A stretch of 47,772 nucleotides of DNA from a virus (lineage: Duplodnaviria; Heunggongvirae; Uroviricota; Caudoviricetes): IMG/VR virus record IMGVR_UViG_2698536610_000001; one strand, given 5' to 3'. Positions 8,464 through 17,847 of this stretch are shown one piece after another (within the stretch, counting starts at the first letter, position 1; each line of letters starts with the position of its first letter). A program made the translations under genes and the position numbers. The notes beneath the pieces are model-generated. The model searched no databases. It was not told where the DNA came from and saw only the letters and a list, made by a program, of their open reading frames with translations.

Positions 8464-8786
8464 AGAGCATTAGTTCAGATGTGAATTGACATTTTCGTGG
8501 CACAAGATTAGCGCTAGCGTGGTCGTTTGGTTTGTGCCAAGAGCGGATAATGCTGACATTCCTATGCACTAATTAACGCAGAGCAAGCCAGTTAGTTGGT
8601 TATGGAAGTAAGTTGTAGCCAGCAACTATCACCATCGGAGATATTTAGGGGGATGCACTCTAAGTTGTAGTTACTTTATAATGTCACTTTCAAAGCGGAA
8701 GCTTGTACAAAAGATGGATAAGCTTTTGTATAGTATGGGATTCAAGAATCACTAAAAGATGACAACAGTACTTACAGGATGTGGCT

Positions 8787-9026
8787 ATGATCCGAATTAT
8801 GATTAGAATATTTTCTTTGACATTCGTTGCTTGCGCTGGCTTTGCTGCATATCACTTCAATAGTGTGCCATTGATGTTCACTTCTGGTAGCTTTCTTGTA
8901 ACATTTTTAGGTACATTTATTGTTAATAAAAAAAGTTCAGGGCATACAATAATTCAAAAAAGCGGTAGCCATTCAAAAAATAATCAGACGGTCGTTTTTG
9001 GAAATAATGAAAACAAGCGAGGCTGA
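8787..9026 (+). CDS. Small membrane protein with two predicted TM helices (cassette gene A)
   Basis: ATG 8787 with AGGA upstream; hydrophobic stretches IFSLTFVACAGFAAY and FTSGSFLVTFLGTFIV; stop 2 nt before gene B; AT-rich. Confidence 0.5.
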   Translation: MIRIMIRIFSLTFVACAGFAAYHFNSVPLMFTSGSFLVTFLGTFIVNKKSSGHTIIQKSGSHSKNNQTVVFGNNENKRG

Positions 9027-9028
9027 TC

Positions 9029-9625
9029 ATGGTTGGTGTTACTCAAAGGTCAGGGAATTACTCACGTAATGTGCAGGTGGTTGTCGATTCTAACTCTGTT
9101 GATATTATAAAGTCTCCATCGATTTTTATGGATCTTGTTGGTATTTTAGTTGATTCGAATGTTATTGATCCTCGTACAAACAATGACTACGAGCCATATG
9201 ATATTGAGAATAAAATAGACTTCAATGATGTTATAAAACATAGAGAACGTATTGAAGGGTTCTATCTATATTCTTCGATGATAGATAAAGCGTATGAAAC
9301 ATTAAATGAAAGTATGCCTACTGCTAAGGAAACGGCACTGAAAAGCATCAATTCACGATATCTTGATTGTCAAGGAGATTTATTGCTTAAACATAGAGAA
9401 GCGTATAAGAGCTGCAAGGATGCTCAGGAACGGAATAATTTAAAGATTCAATTGGTAAGAGAGTTTGCAGATTGGATAATAGACAGTGTAATAGAGCACA
9501 TCATTAAGAAATGCTTAAATTCTCTTATGGCAATGAATTACACAAGCGAAGAAATCGAATGCCATGCTTCTTTTATCGTTTATCATGCATTCGTAGAGTG
9601 TAAGATTCTGGAAAAACCAATATGA
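9029..9625 (+). CDS. Hypothetical 198-aa protein (cassette gene B)
   Basis: Tightly coupled to A upstream and C downstream (ATGA overlap); no motif recognised. Confidence 0.55.
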   Translation: MVGVTQRSGNYSRNVQVVVDSNSVDIIKSPSIFMDLVGILVDSNVIDPRTNNDYEPYDIENKIDFNDVIKHRERIEGFYLYSSMIDKAYETLNESMPTAKETALKSINSRYLDCQGDLLLKHREAYKSCKDAQERNNLKIQLVREFADWIIDSVIEHIIKKCLNSLMAMNYTSEEIECHASFIVYHAFVECKILEKPI

Positions 9626-9858
9626 TTATCTCTGATGTAACAAAACCAAGCCAAACCTTGTATTACCTGGGGGCTCGGTTATTAGAATGCATGAGTTCAA
9701 ATGCTTATTCGTATGTTGATATTATAGACTTGTATAATGAATTCAAATCTAAAAATAACAACTCTTCATTCACGCAATATATTTACACTTTAAATTGGCT
9801 ATATTTATTAGGCCTGGTTGATGCTAACGAAAATGGAGATTTGATATTATGTTTTTGA
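9622..9858 (+). CDS. Hypothetical 78-aa protein (cassette gene C)
   Basis: Overlaps B by 4 nt and D by 10 nt; small, probably helical. Confidence 0.5.
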   Translation: MIISDVTKPSQTLYYLGARLLECMSSNAYSYVDIIDLYNEFKSKNNNSSFTQYIYTLNWLYLLGLVDANENGDLILCF

Positions 9859-11573
9859 AACGGCTAATAGTCAGTTCTTTCAGGCTTGGAGTGATTCGTG
9901 ATATCGAATTTCACATTGGCGTTAATTTGATTATTGACCGAAACACCTCCAGCAAAGAGCAAACTGGAAATGGTGTGGGAAAAACTACTGTATTAAGAGC
10001 TTTAGATTTTTGTTTTGGAGCAGAACAACTGAATTTTTATACCGATCCTGAATTCAAGAAAGAAAATTCGGTTATAAAAAATTATTTGATAGAGAACGAG
10101 ATTGAGTTTTGTTTAATTCTCACAAAAGATTTGAATAATAAAACTGCACCAGTAATAAAAATTAAGCGTAAAATTACATCTGAGACTAATAAAACGAAGG
10201 TTATAGCCTCAATAAATGAAGAGTCCTATACGAAGGCTAAAGATTTCAACGAGGCTTTAAAAAGAACATTATATCTTGATTCCGCGATAAAACCGACCAT
10301 ACGAGAGATTATGGGACGTGTTATTCGAAATACGCATGACAAGATGTCGAACGCATTAAAAACGATAAAAATGGGTTCTAATACACAATATGAAACGTTA
10401 AATCTGTTTATGTTTGGGTTCGGTAACTCACAGATTCTGGATGAAAAACAGTCAGTGACTAAAGCCTATAAACTGGCGAAATCCGATTATGAAGTAATTA
10501 CTCGCCATCGCTCAAAGAATGCTTTGGAACAAGCTATTGCAATTATAAATAGAGATATTATAGCACAAGAAGAGTTAATTTCTAATTTTCAAGTGGCAGA
10601 CTCTTATAATGATATGCTTGCTGAGTTAAATGAGTTAAAAATTAAAATTAGTGAAGTTTCTATCATACTATCATCTTTGGAGTTTAAGCAAAAATTAAAC
10701 GATAAGGCTATACTAGATCTGGAAAAAAGTCATGAAAATATAAATACACTAGATCTACAGAAGTTGTACTTAGAAGCAACTGATCGGTTAGGTAACTTAA
10801 ACAAAGAGTTTACTGAGCTACTTTCGTTTCATAATAAAATGCTTGTAAAAAAAGCTGAGTTTATTAGAAAACAAATGCAGCCAGTGCTGCAAGAAATTTC
10901 CAAATATAAAGATGAACTAAATAACTTATTGACTCAAGAATCAGAGCTTTTAAAGAGTTTGTCTTCGCATGGGACATTGGCAGACCTGCAAATAATGCAA
11001 AAAAAATTAAATTCATTATTTGAAGAAAAAGGTGGGCTTGAAGCTGGACTACTTCAAATCCAAGAGATGGAGAACAACTTTAATATACTGAAAGCAAAGT
11101 TTAATGATGTGTCAGATAGATTAAAATCTAAACTTGACGATTTTAACAAACGTCTTGCGCTATTCAATTCCTATTTTTCTTTATATACTAAAAAATTATA
11201 TCAGGATGAATATATTCTTTCCTATAAAGATTCCTCCGGTTCTTTCGTTTTTACCATTGAACCTTTAGGAACTTTGCTCACATCAGGTAATCAGGGAGAA
11301 GGAAAAAAGAAAGCCCAGGTTGCCTCTTTAGATTTTGCCTATTTATCTGTCCAGGAGTCTTTAGAAGCCAGAACACCACGTTTTATAGCTCATGATGGAA
11401 TTGAGGCAATTCATGTAAATCAAATAAATAAGTTATTCGAGATAGCTTCGGGGATTAATGGTCAATATATATTGGCTATTCTTAAAGACAAGTTGGAGAA
11501 TATTGATCAAGACTTCATCAATAATAGTGTTGTGCTTGAGCTTGGGGAGGACGATAAGTTTTTTAGGCTTTAA
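9849..11573 (+). CDS. ABC-type P-loop ATPase with long central coiled coil (SMC/Rad50-like architecture) (cassette gene D)
   Basis: Walker A GNGVGKTT at aa 40-47 (nt 9966-9989); heptad-rich helical region roughly aa 220-440; C-terminal signature-like TSGNQGEG, Walker-B-like RFIAHD and a following His. Confidence 0.7.
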   Translation: MFLKRLIVSSFRLGVIRDIEFHIGVNLIIDRNTSSKEQTGNGVGKTTVLRALDFCFGAEQLNFYTDPEFKKENSVIKNYLIENEIEFCLILTKDLNNKTAPVIKIKRKITSETNKTKVIASINEESYTKAKDFNEALKRTLYLDSAIKPTIREIMGRVIRNTHDKMSNALKTIKMGSNTQYETLNLFMFGFGNSQILDEKQSVTKAYKLAKSDYEVITRHRSKNALEQAIAIINRDIIAQEELISNFQVADSYNDMLAELNELKIKISEVSIILSSLEFKQKLNDKAILDLEKSHENINTLDLQKLYLEATDRLGNLNKEFTELLSFHNKMLVKKAEFIRKQMQPVLQEISKYKDELNNLLTQESELLKSLSSHGTLADLQIMQKKLNSLFEEKGGLEAGLLQIQEMENNFNILKAKFNDVSDRLKSKLDDFNKRLALFNSYFSLYTKKLYQDEYILSYKDSSGSFVFTIEPLGTLLTSGNQGEGKKKAQVASLDFAYLSVQESLEARTPRFIAHDGIEAIHVNQINKLFEIASGINGQYILAILKDKLENIDQDFINNSVVLELGEDDKFFRL

Positions 11574-11859
11574 GATTTGTAATTTGATAGATATGTAGAT
11601 ATCATTTTTCTCGCTCAAAACTGACAGTCAGATTTGAGCGAATTGCTTATGTAAGTATTTCGCAGAATCATGCCATTTATATTTATTAGAACATACGTAC
11701 TTTAAATGTGGGAGGCTGTCATGTTGGTTCTTAAATGTTCGCTGACTATTGCGGTGGTGCGGGCAATTTATTGTTCTGTTATTCTTATGGATCGCCTTTC
11801 TGACTGATTTCATATTGGCGAGATAACGGGAGTTAAGTAGAATGCCTGCGGGTGCTTGA

Positions 11860-12018
11860 GGCTATCTGCCTCGGGCATGAATACCAACGGCAGATAGAGA
11901 AAAGCCCCAGTTAACATTACGCGTCCTGCAAGACGCTTAACATTAATCTGAGGCCAATTTCATGCTAGACACATGTAGGTTAGCCTCTTACGTGCCGAAA
12001 GGCAAGGAGAAGCAGGCT
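11860..12018. promoter_or_regulatory. hok/mok mRNA leader; expected location of antisense Sok RNA (not mapped)
   Basis: Inferred from hok/sok locus organisation; mok ORF begins at 11962. Confidence 0.35.
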
Positions 12019-12174
12019 ATGAAGCAGCAAAAGGCGATGTTAATCGCCCTGATCGTCATCTGTTTAACCGTCATAGTGACGGCACTGGTAACGAGGAAAG
12101 ACCTTTGCGAGGTACGAATCCGAACCGGCCAGACGGAGGTCGCTGTCTTCACAGCTTACGAACCTGAGGAGTAA
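12019..12174 (+). CDS. hok: Hok/Gef family type I toxin (mok in-frame extension from 11962)
   Basis: MKQQKAMLIALIVICLTVIVTALVTRKDLCEVRIRTGQTEVAVFTAYEPEE; the 70-aa upstream extension MLDTCRLASYVPKGKEKQA… resembles Mok; GGCGAGGGA-GAAA-TCCCTCGCC stem-loop at 12182-12203. Confidence 0.8.
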   Translation: MKQQKAMLIALIVICLTVIVTALVTRKDLCEVRIRTGQTEVAVFTAYEPEE

Positions 12175-12244
12175 GAGACCCGGCGAGGGAGAAATCCCTC
12201 GCCACCTCTGATGTGGCAGGCATCCTCAACGCACCCGCACTTAA

Positions 12245-12270
12245 CCCGCTTCGGCGGGTTTTTGTTTTTA
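12245..12270 (+). terminator. Rho-independent terminator after hok
   Basis: CCCGC-TTCG-GCGGG hairpin followed by TTTTTGTTTTT. Confidence 0.65.
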
Positions 12271-12390
12271 TTTTCAACGCGTTTGAAGTTCTGGACGGTG
12301 CCGGAATAGAATCAAAAATACTTAAGTAGCGCGCAGGGAGAAGAGGGATGGTCCCTTAAAGGGGAGAGCTAATTATCCGGAAGGATTCTG

Positions 12391-12654
12391 ATGATGAACA
12401 TGATGATGAACATCGAAGAACTGCGTAAAAATTTTTGTGAAGATGGCCTCTATGCTGTGTGCGTTGAAAATGGAAATCTTGTTAGTCATTACCGCATTAT
12501 GTGTTTGCGAAAGAATGGGGCTGCGTTAATTAATTTTGTGGATGGTCGAGTGACAGACGGATTTATCTTGCGCGAAGGTGAGTTTGTCACTTCATTACAG
12601 GCACTGAAAGAGATCGGAATAAAAGCTGGCTTTTCTGCTTTTTCAGGAGAATAA
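12391..12654 (+). CDS. Hypothetical phage protein (87 aa)
   Basis: GGAAGGA Shine-Dalgarno; unusual MMNMMMN start; no motif recognised. Confidence 0.45.
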   Translation: MMNMMMNIEELRKNFCEDGLYAVCVENGNLVSHYRIMCLRKNGAALINFVDGRVTDGFILREGEFVTSLQALKEIGIKAGFSAFSGE

Positions 12655-12720
12655 ACTCATCTACAATCTTGCGCGGGGCTGAACTCCCGCTGAGTAACAC
12701 CGTGCCACCGGAGAAAACCG

Positions 12721-12999
12721 ATGGCACGCAACGCAAAATATTACAATTCTGATAATTCGCCCGTTCTTGCCTGCACGCACGGGCGGTATTCTCACGCATT
12801 CAAGTCTGAATGGTTCCAGCACCCTCCATGCACTGAAGAGCAGGCTGAATGGATAATTCAGTGTTACCGCAGGCGCGGATACGAGGTTAAGAAAGCCCTT
12901 AGTCTCGACTACCGTCACTGGATAATCTCAGTCAGATTGCCTTACTCCGAACGCCCACCGCGTCCGTCCCGTACATTCCAGCAACGCATCTGGAGGTAA
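12721..12999 (+). CDS. Hypothetical phage protein (92 aa)
   Basis: GGAGAAAA SD; stop is 1 nt before the DUF968 gene. Confidence 0.45.
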   Translation: MARNAKYYNSDNSPVLACTHGRYSHAFKSEWFQHPPCTEEQAEWIIQCYRRRGYEVKKALSLDYRHWIISVRLPYSERPPRPSRTFQQRIWR

Positions 13000-13000
13000 C

Positions 13001-14050
13001 GTGCGGGTATTACTTCGACCTGTTCTGGTACCGGAACTCGGGCTGGTGGTCGTTAAGCCGGGCCGTGAATCCATGCCGGTATTCCACAATACCCGGGTAC
13101 TGGTGGAGCCGGAACCGAAAAGCATGCGTAATCTGCCGTCCGGGGTCGTTCCTGCCGTTCGCCAGCCGCTGGTGGAAGACAAAACATTGCTGCCGTTTTT
13201 CAGTAATGCACGGGTAATTCGTACTGCTGGTGGTGCTGGTGCATTGTCTGACTGGCTGTTGCGCCATATTAAATCCTGCCAGTGGCCACACGGCGATTAT
13301 CATCACAGCGAAACCGTTATTCACCGTTATGGTACCGGCGCAATGGTGTTGTGCTGGCACTGCGACAACCAGCTGCGTGACCAGACATCCGAATCACTCG
13401 AGCAACTTGCTCATCAAAACCTGTCAGCATGGATGATTGACGTCATCGGTCACGCAATAAGCGGTACGCAGGAGCGTGAATTATCTCTGGCTGAATTATC
13501 CTGGTGGGCGGTCCGCAATCAGGTGGCGGACGCGCTACCGGAAGCGGTATTACGTCGCTCGCTGGGATTACCAGCGGAAAAAAACTGCTCGGTGTACCGC
13601 GAAAGCGACATCGTACCGGGAGAGCAGACCGCCACCAGCATATTGAAACAGCGCACAAAAAATCTTGCACCGTTGCCTCACGCCCACCAGCAACAAAACC
13701 CATCACAGGAAAAGACGGTGGTAAGCATCACCGTTGATCCAGAGTCTCCGGAATCTTTCATGAAGCTGCCTAAACGTCACCGGTGGGTTAAGGAGAAATA
13801 CACACGCTGGGTTAAGACACAGCCGTGTGCTTGCTGCGGTATGCCAGCCGACGATCCGCATCATCTGATTGGTCACGGGCAGGGCGGAATGGGAACCAAA
13901 GCACATGATCTCTTTGTTTTGCCTTTGTGCAGAAAGCATCACGACGAGTTGCATACGGATACCGTGGCATTTGAAGAGAAGTATGGCTCCCAACTGGAGC
14001 TGATTTTTCGATTTATCGATCGCGCGCTGGCAATTGGTGTGCTGGCCTAA
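13001..14050 (+). CDS. DUF968 family protein (YdfU-like) with C-terminal Cys/His cluster
   Basis: 349-aa ORF, same length as remembered Qin YdfU; C-terminal [18 protein letters not shown]…CRKHHDELH suggests an HNH/zinc-finger-like motif; GTG start assumed. Confidence 0.65.
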   Translation: MRVLLRPVLVPELGLVVVKPGRESMPVFHNTRVLVEPEPKSMRNLPSGVVPAVRQPLVEDKTLLPFFSNARVIRTAGGAGALSDWLLRHIKSCQWPHGDYHHSETVIHRYGTGAMVLCWHCDNQLRDQTSESLEQLAHQNLSAWMIDVIGHAISGTQERELSLAELSWWAVRNQVADALPEAVLRRSLGLPAEKNCSVYRESDIVPGEQTATSILKQRTKNLAPLPHAHQQQNPSQEKTVVSITVDPESPESFMKLPKRHRWVKEKYTRWVKTQPCACCGMPADDPHHLIGHGQGGMGTKAHDLFVLPLCRKHHDELHTDTVAFEEKYGSQLELIFRFIDRALAIGVLA

Positions 14051-14067
14051 TTTTGTGGAGTAAGTTG

Positions 14068-14445
14068 ATGCGTGATATTCAGATGGTTCTTGAGCGTTGG
14101 GGGGCATGGGCGGCTAATAATCATGAAGATGTGACCTGGTCGTCCATTGCCGCCGGTTTTAAGGGATTAATTCCTTCAAAAGTAAGATCTCGTCCGCAAT
14201 GCTGTGACGATGACGCGATGATCATTTGTGAATGTATGGCTCGCCTGAAAAAAAACAACAGCGATTTACATGATTTATTGGTGGACTATTATGTCGGCGG
14301 CATGACTTTTATGGCGCTTGCACGTAAGCATGGGCGATCTGATTGTTGGGTTGGCAGGATGCTCCAGAAAGCTGAGGGCGTAGTGGAGGGCATGCTGATG
14401 GTGTTGGATCTCCGATTGGAGATGGATGCTGATTGTTCGAAATAA
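14068..14445 (+). CDS. Late-gene antiterminator Q (small QuuD/phage-82-type)
   Basis: [26 protein letters not shown]…; about 125 aa; followed by a strong intrinsic terminator (tR' analogue). Confidence 0.65.
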   Translation: MRDIQMVLERWGAWAANNHEDVTWSSIAAGFKGLIPSKVRSRPQCCDDDAMIICECMARLKKNNSDLHDLLVDYYVGGMTFMALARKHGRSDCWVGRMLQKAEGVVEGMLMVLDLRLEMDADCSK

Positions 14446-14543
14446 TTAAAGGAAAAGTTGCTGTCTGATTTTCATTAGTCTAACATTTTAAATGTTGGAA
14501 TCGCAACGTAGTTATTATCATATAACAGCTTGTTTCCTGATTT

Positions 14544-14572
14544 AGCCAGCCTCCCCAAAGGCTGGTTTTTTT
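14544..14572 (+). terminator. Intrinsic terminator, tR'-like, downstream of Q
   Basis: AGCCAGCCT-CCCCAA-AGGCTGG followed by TTTTTTT. Confidence 0.6.
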
Positions 14573-14600
14573 CTAATAAGTATCATTTCGGGTGGGGATT

Positions 14601-15125
14601 TTATTGTTTAACCCATAATAGTTCATTGACATTGAATCCCAACTTTTGAGCGGTACGCACATAGTCTGCTTTTACATTATCTGGAATAGTTTGGGTCCTT
14701 GCCAGAATCCATAGGTATTCTCTGTTCGGACCACTGACAAGAGCATACTTATACTCATCATCCAGTTTGATTACATTATAGCCACCATAGAAGGGGCCAA
14801 AAAACGAAACTTTCAACGCTGCAGTTTTAGTATCTCCAGTAAAGTATGCTTTACCTTCGCTCTCGCTCCATTTGTTTTTCGTTGGATCGTATCCACGGTT
14901 AAGTACGCGAATCCCTCCGTCGTTCCGTTTTTCATAAGTAGCGCTGACCTGTTCCAGACCACGTTCGAACCAGTTCTCGAGGCGAGCTATTTCATACCAT
15001 TTTCCGAGGTAGCGGTTGGCGTCAAAATTTGTAATCGGCTGCACACCTTTAGGTGGTGTCGGGGCCTTACATGCTATAAGAGTGAAAGAGAGTGCAATGC
15101 CAGTCAACACAGGCCATAACTTCAT
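14601..15125 (-). CDS. Bacterial lipocalin (Blc-like outer-membrane lipoprotein), prophage cargo
   Basis: 174-aa ORF; signal peptide with lipobox LIAC; lipocalin motifs …RYLGKWYEIARLENWFERGLE… and KVSFFGPFYGGYNVI match remembered Blc closely. Confidence 0.85.
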   Translation of the reverse strand: MKLWPVLTGIALSFTLIACKAPTPPKGVQPITNFDANRYLGKWYEIARLENWFERGLEQVSATYEKRNDGGIRVLNRGYDPTKNKWSESEGKAYFTGDTKTAALKVSFFGPFYGGYNVIKLDDEYKYALVSGPNREYLWILARTQTIPDNVKADYVRTAQKLGFNVNELLWVKQ

Positions 15126-15317
15126 AATAAATCCTGTACTTTTGATAGTTGAGAGTAAGTATGAAAGATAGATGAGTACGACCGATCACTTAAAGAACTT
15201 TCCTACTATATTAGGAATAGTCAATAACAGAAAAATTGTCAGTGATGAAGCCAGAAAGGCAATTTAGTCCGTGCACTACAAAGTTTATGTGTTAATGAAT
15301 TAATCAAGGGGGAGGAA

Positions 15318-16277
15318 ATGATAAAAAAACCTGTGATTGGGATCAGCGGTTGTTTGGGCGGTTCTGCTGTTCGTTTTGATGGTGGTCACAAAAGAGATGA
15401 CTTTTTAATGGACAAATTAGTGGAATGGGTAACATTCAGACCAGTATGTCCGGAAATGGCTATAGGGCTGCCAGTTCCGCGTCCTGCTCTACGACTTGTG
15501 CGCTCGAAGCAAGGAAATATACGGATGTGTTTCAGTCACGACCAGAATGAGGATGTGACAGAGAGAATGACAGAGTTTAGTCGTTCTTATATGGACAAAT
15601 TAAAGGATGTATCGGGGTTTGTGGTTTGTGCTAAATCTCCCAGCTGTGGCATGGAGCGCGTGCGTGTCTATGATGAAAATGGTAATCGAGGTCGTAAAGA
15701 TGGAGTGGGACTATTTACGAGCACTTTGATGGAAAAGTTTTCCTGGCTACCGGTTGAAGAGGATGGGCGATTACATGATCCAGTGCTTCGTGAGAATTTT
15801 ATTGAAAGAGTTTTTGCTTTGCATGAGCTCAATCACCTTTACAAGGAGAAATTATCAAGAAGAGAGTTATTAGCTTTTCATAGTCGTTATAAGCTTCAGT
15901 TGTTGGCGCATAGCCAGGCAGGCTATAAAGATATGGGACCATTTGTGGCTGCAATACACGAGTGGGCGGACCTTGAATCATACTTTGAGGTGTATCGTGA
16001 TAATCTGATGGCGATTCTCAGAAAACCAGCATCACGTAAAAATCACACGAATGTGCTGATGCATATACAGGGGTATTTTAGTAATTACTTAAGTACACGC
16101 CAGCGTAAAGAGTTGAGCGAGGTTATACTTAACTATCGTTCTGGCACATTGCCTCTTCTTGCGCCGTTGACTCTGCTGAAGCATTATCTGGGTGAGTATC
16201 CTAATGATTACTTGCTTACACAGAATTACTTCGATCCCTATCCGGAAGAACTGGCTTTAAGGCTGATGGTGAATTAA
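15318..16277 (+). CDS. DUF523/DUF1722 (YbbK/YbgA-like) fusion protein, prophage cargo
   Basis: 319-aa ORF; N-terminal VIGISGCLGG…CPE and C-terminal helical domain resemble the YbgA-type family; assignment from memory. Confidence 0.55.
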   Translation: MIKKPVIGISGCLGGSAVRFDGGHKRDDFLMDKLVEWVTFRPVCPEMAIGLPVPRPALRLVRSKQGNIRMCFSHDQNEDVTERMTEFSRSYMDKLKDVSGFVVCAKSPSCGMERVRVYDENGNRGRKDGVGLFTSTLMEKFSWLPVEEDGRLHDPVLRENFIERVFALHELNHLYKEKLSRRELLAFHSRYKLQLLAHSQAGYKDMGPFVAAIHEWADLESYFEVYRDNLMAILRKPASRKNHTNVLMHIQGYFSNYLSTRQRKELSEVILNYRSGTLPLLAPLTLLKHYLGEYPNDYLLTQNYFDPYPEELALRLMVN

Positions 16278-16756
16278 CTGTATGCGATATCATCTGAAAG
16301 TGATGAGTTCCTGCATGCAGGATATTTACAATCGTAAAAACTACACTATGATACCCATAGTGTCAGTTTGTATAAAAATCCTGTTCACGCTGAAGAAAAT
16401 ATTGAGATGCAATTTAATGTTGGTAAATATACCAGCCCCAAAATATTTTATTCAATCTGTTTTTATATAAAGATATTTCAAGTGAATATTAAGAGCATAT
16501 AATATTATTATTGCACGCAGCTATTATAATATAACAGATTAGTTTAATGATTTTTTGCGAGTTAAACACATGCTTTTATAGTTGTGATGCAATGAGATTT
16601 TCCTTATTGTTGAACTGGCGAATATTGATTATCCACCTATACTTACCTGGTGTAACCCCAATGATATCAGGTGGATAATATGCCATACATATGTTCTATG
16701 GTGATGCCTCTAATTAGTTGAATCTGATGTATAATACGGGCTTTTGAGGTTATCTC

Positions 16757-17029
16757 ATGGCCAGAGTTAATATTCATTGTCCCCGTTGTCAGTCAGCTCA
16801 GGTTTACCGCCATGGTCAGAACCCTAAAGGCCGTGACAGATTTCGCTGCCGTGACTGCCACCGTGTGTTTCAGCTCACTTATACTTATCAAGCACGTAAG
16901 CCGGGTATGAAAGAGCTGATAACTGAAATGGCCTTTAATGGTGCCGGGGTTCGCGATACCGCCAGGACAATGAAAATTGGTATTAACACCGTCATCCGGA
17001 CTTTAAAAAACTCGCGCCAAAGCGAATAA
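16757..17029 (+). CDS. insA: IS1 InsA (transposition regulator / N-terminal part of InsAB')
   Basis: MARVNIHCPRCQSAQVYRHGQNPKGRDRFRCRDCHRVFQLTYTYQ… with zinc-finger and HTH as in IS1 InsA. Confidence 0.85.
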   Translation: MARVNIHCPRCQSAQVYRHGQNPKGRDRFRCRDCHRVFQLTYTYQARKPGMKELITEMAFNGAGVRDTARTMKIGINTVIRTLKNSRQSE

Positions 17030-17451
17030 CTTCTTCGCCTGTTGCCCATGCTGATGTGGCGCTTATCTGCGAGCTTGATGAGCAATAGAGCTACGTTGGC
17101 AGTAAAGCCCGGCAACACTGGCTCTGGTACGCGTACAACACCAAAACAGGCGGTGTACTGGCCTACACTTTTGGTCCCCGAACCGATCAAACGTGCCGGG
17201 AGCTACTGGCACTGCTTACACCCTTCAACATCGGCATGCTGACCAGCGATGACTGGGGCAGCTATGGCCGGGAGGTGCCGAAGAATAAGCATCTGACCGG
17301 CAAAATATTCACCCAACGCATTGAGCGTAATAATCTGACGCTACGCACCCGCATTAAGCGGTTGGCTCGTAAAATAATCTGCTTCTCACGCTCAGTTGAG
17401 ATCCACGAAAAAGTGATCGGAGCGTTTATCGAAAAACACATGTTCTACTAA
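17030..17451 (+). pseudogene. insB: IS1 insB frame interrupted by an in-frame amber codon
   Basis: The InsB frame (-1 relative to insA) reads …ALICELDEQ*SYVGSKARQHWLWYAYN…; TAG at 17086-17088 replaces the Trp of the remembered DEQWGYVG motif; the distal part (17236-17451) is intact. Confidence 0.55.
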
Positions 17452-17470
17452 TTGGATGCACTACCATCAC

Positions 17471-17847
17471 TTGCATGTCTTGCTATCTTATCTTCAGAGA
17501 AAATAGTGCAAAGGTTTTTATTTGGGTGTCTTAATAGTTTAGGAAGTAAAGTTAAGGCTATTATCCACAAGGATATATCTGCAACATGGAGACTTTGTGA
17601 TATATCTTCAAGACTGTGCCTGAGTGAAAGTTTGTTAAAAAGAAAATTAAAACACGAAGGCTTATCATTTGGTAAACTAAATCTTGAAGAGCGAATGGTG
17701 ATGGCGGAAAGCTTATTAAGCTACAATTTATATTCTGTTGGGAAAGTTGCTGAGATATGCGGTTATGAAAATACGTCATATTTTGTAAGTGTTTTCAGAA
17801 GATATTTTGGTGTTCCTCTCCACAAATATTCATCAAGATTTTTTTAG
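17471..17847 (+). pseudogene. AraC-family regulator, C-terminal HTH fragment (5' end replaced by IS1)
   Basis: The ORF reads out of the IS1 right end; only an AraC-type HTH domain of about 125 aa remains (…YENTSYFVSVFRRYFGVPLHKY…); AT-rich. Confidence 0.5.

Larger units (their letters stand above)
16700..17470 (+). mobile_element. IS1-family insertion sequence (about 770 bp)
   Basis: Left end GGTGATGCCTCTAATTAG…GCTTTTGAGGTTATCTC resembles the IS1 IRL; right end …CTAATTGGATGCACTACCATCAC; contains insA and insB frames. No target-site duplication recognised. Confidence 0.8.

Noticed and set aside
11612-11640. Inverted repeat CGCTCAAA…TTTGAGCG after the ATPase gene as a terminator
   Set aside because: No U-tract follows on the plus strand, so a canonical intrinsic terminator is not supported; could still be a protein-binding site.
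16282-16470. 62-aa ORF in AT-rich DNA left of IS1 as the missing AraC N-terminus
   Set aside because: The translation shows no AraC-type N-terminal domain features and the frame does not continue to the IS1 boundary; the N-terminal half appears deleted rather than displaced.
16700-17470. Target-site duplication flanking IS1
   Set aside because: The 9 bp on each side (ATGTTCTAT versus TTGCATGTC) do not match, consistent with an IS1-associated deletion rather than simple insertion.
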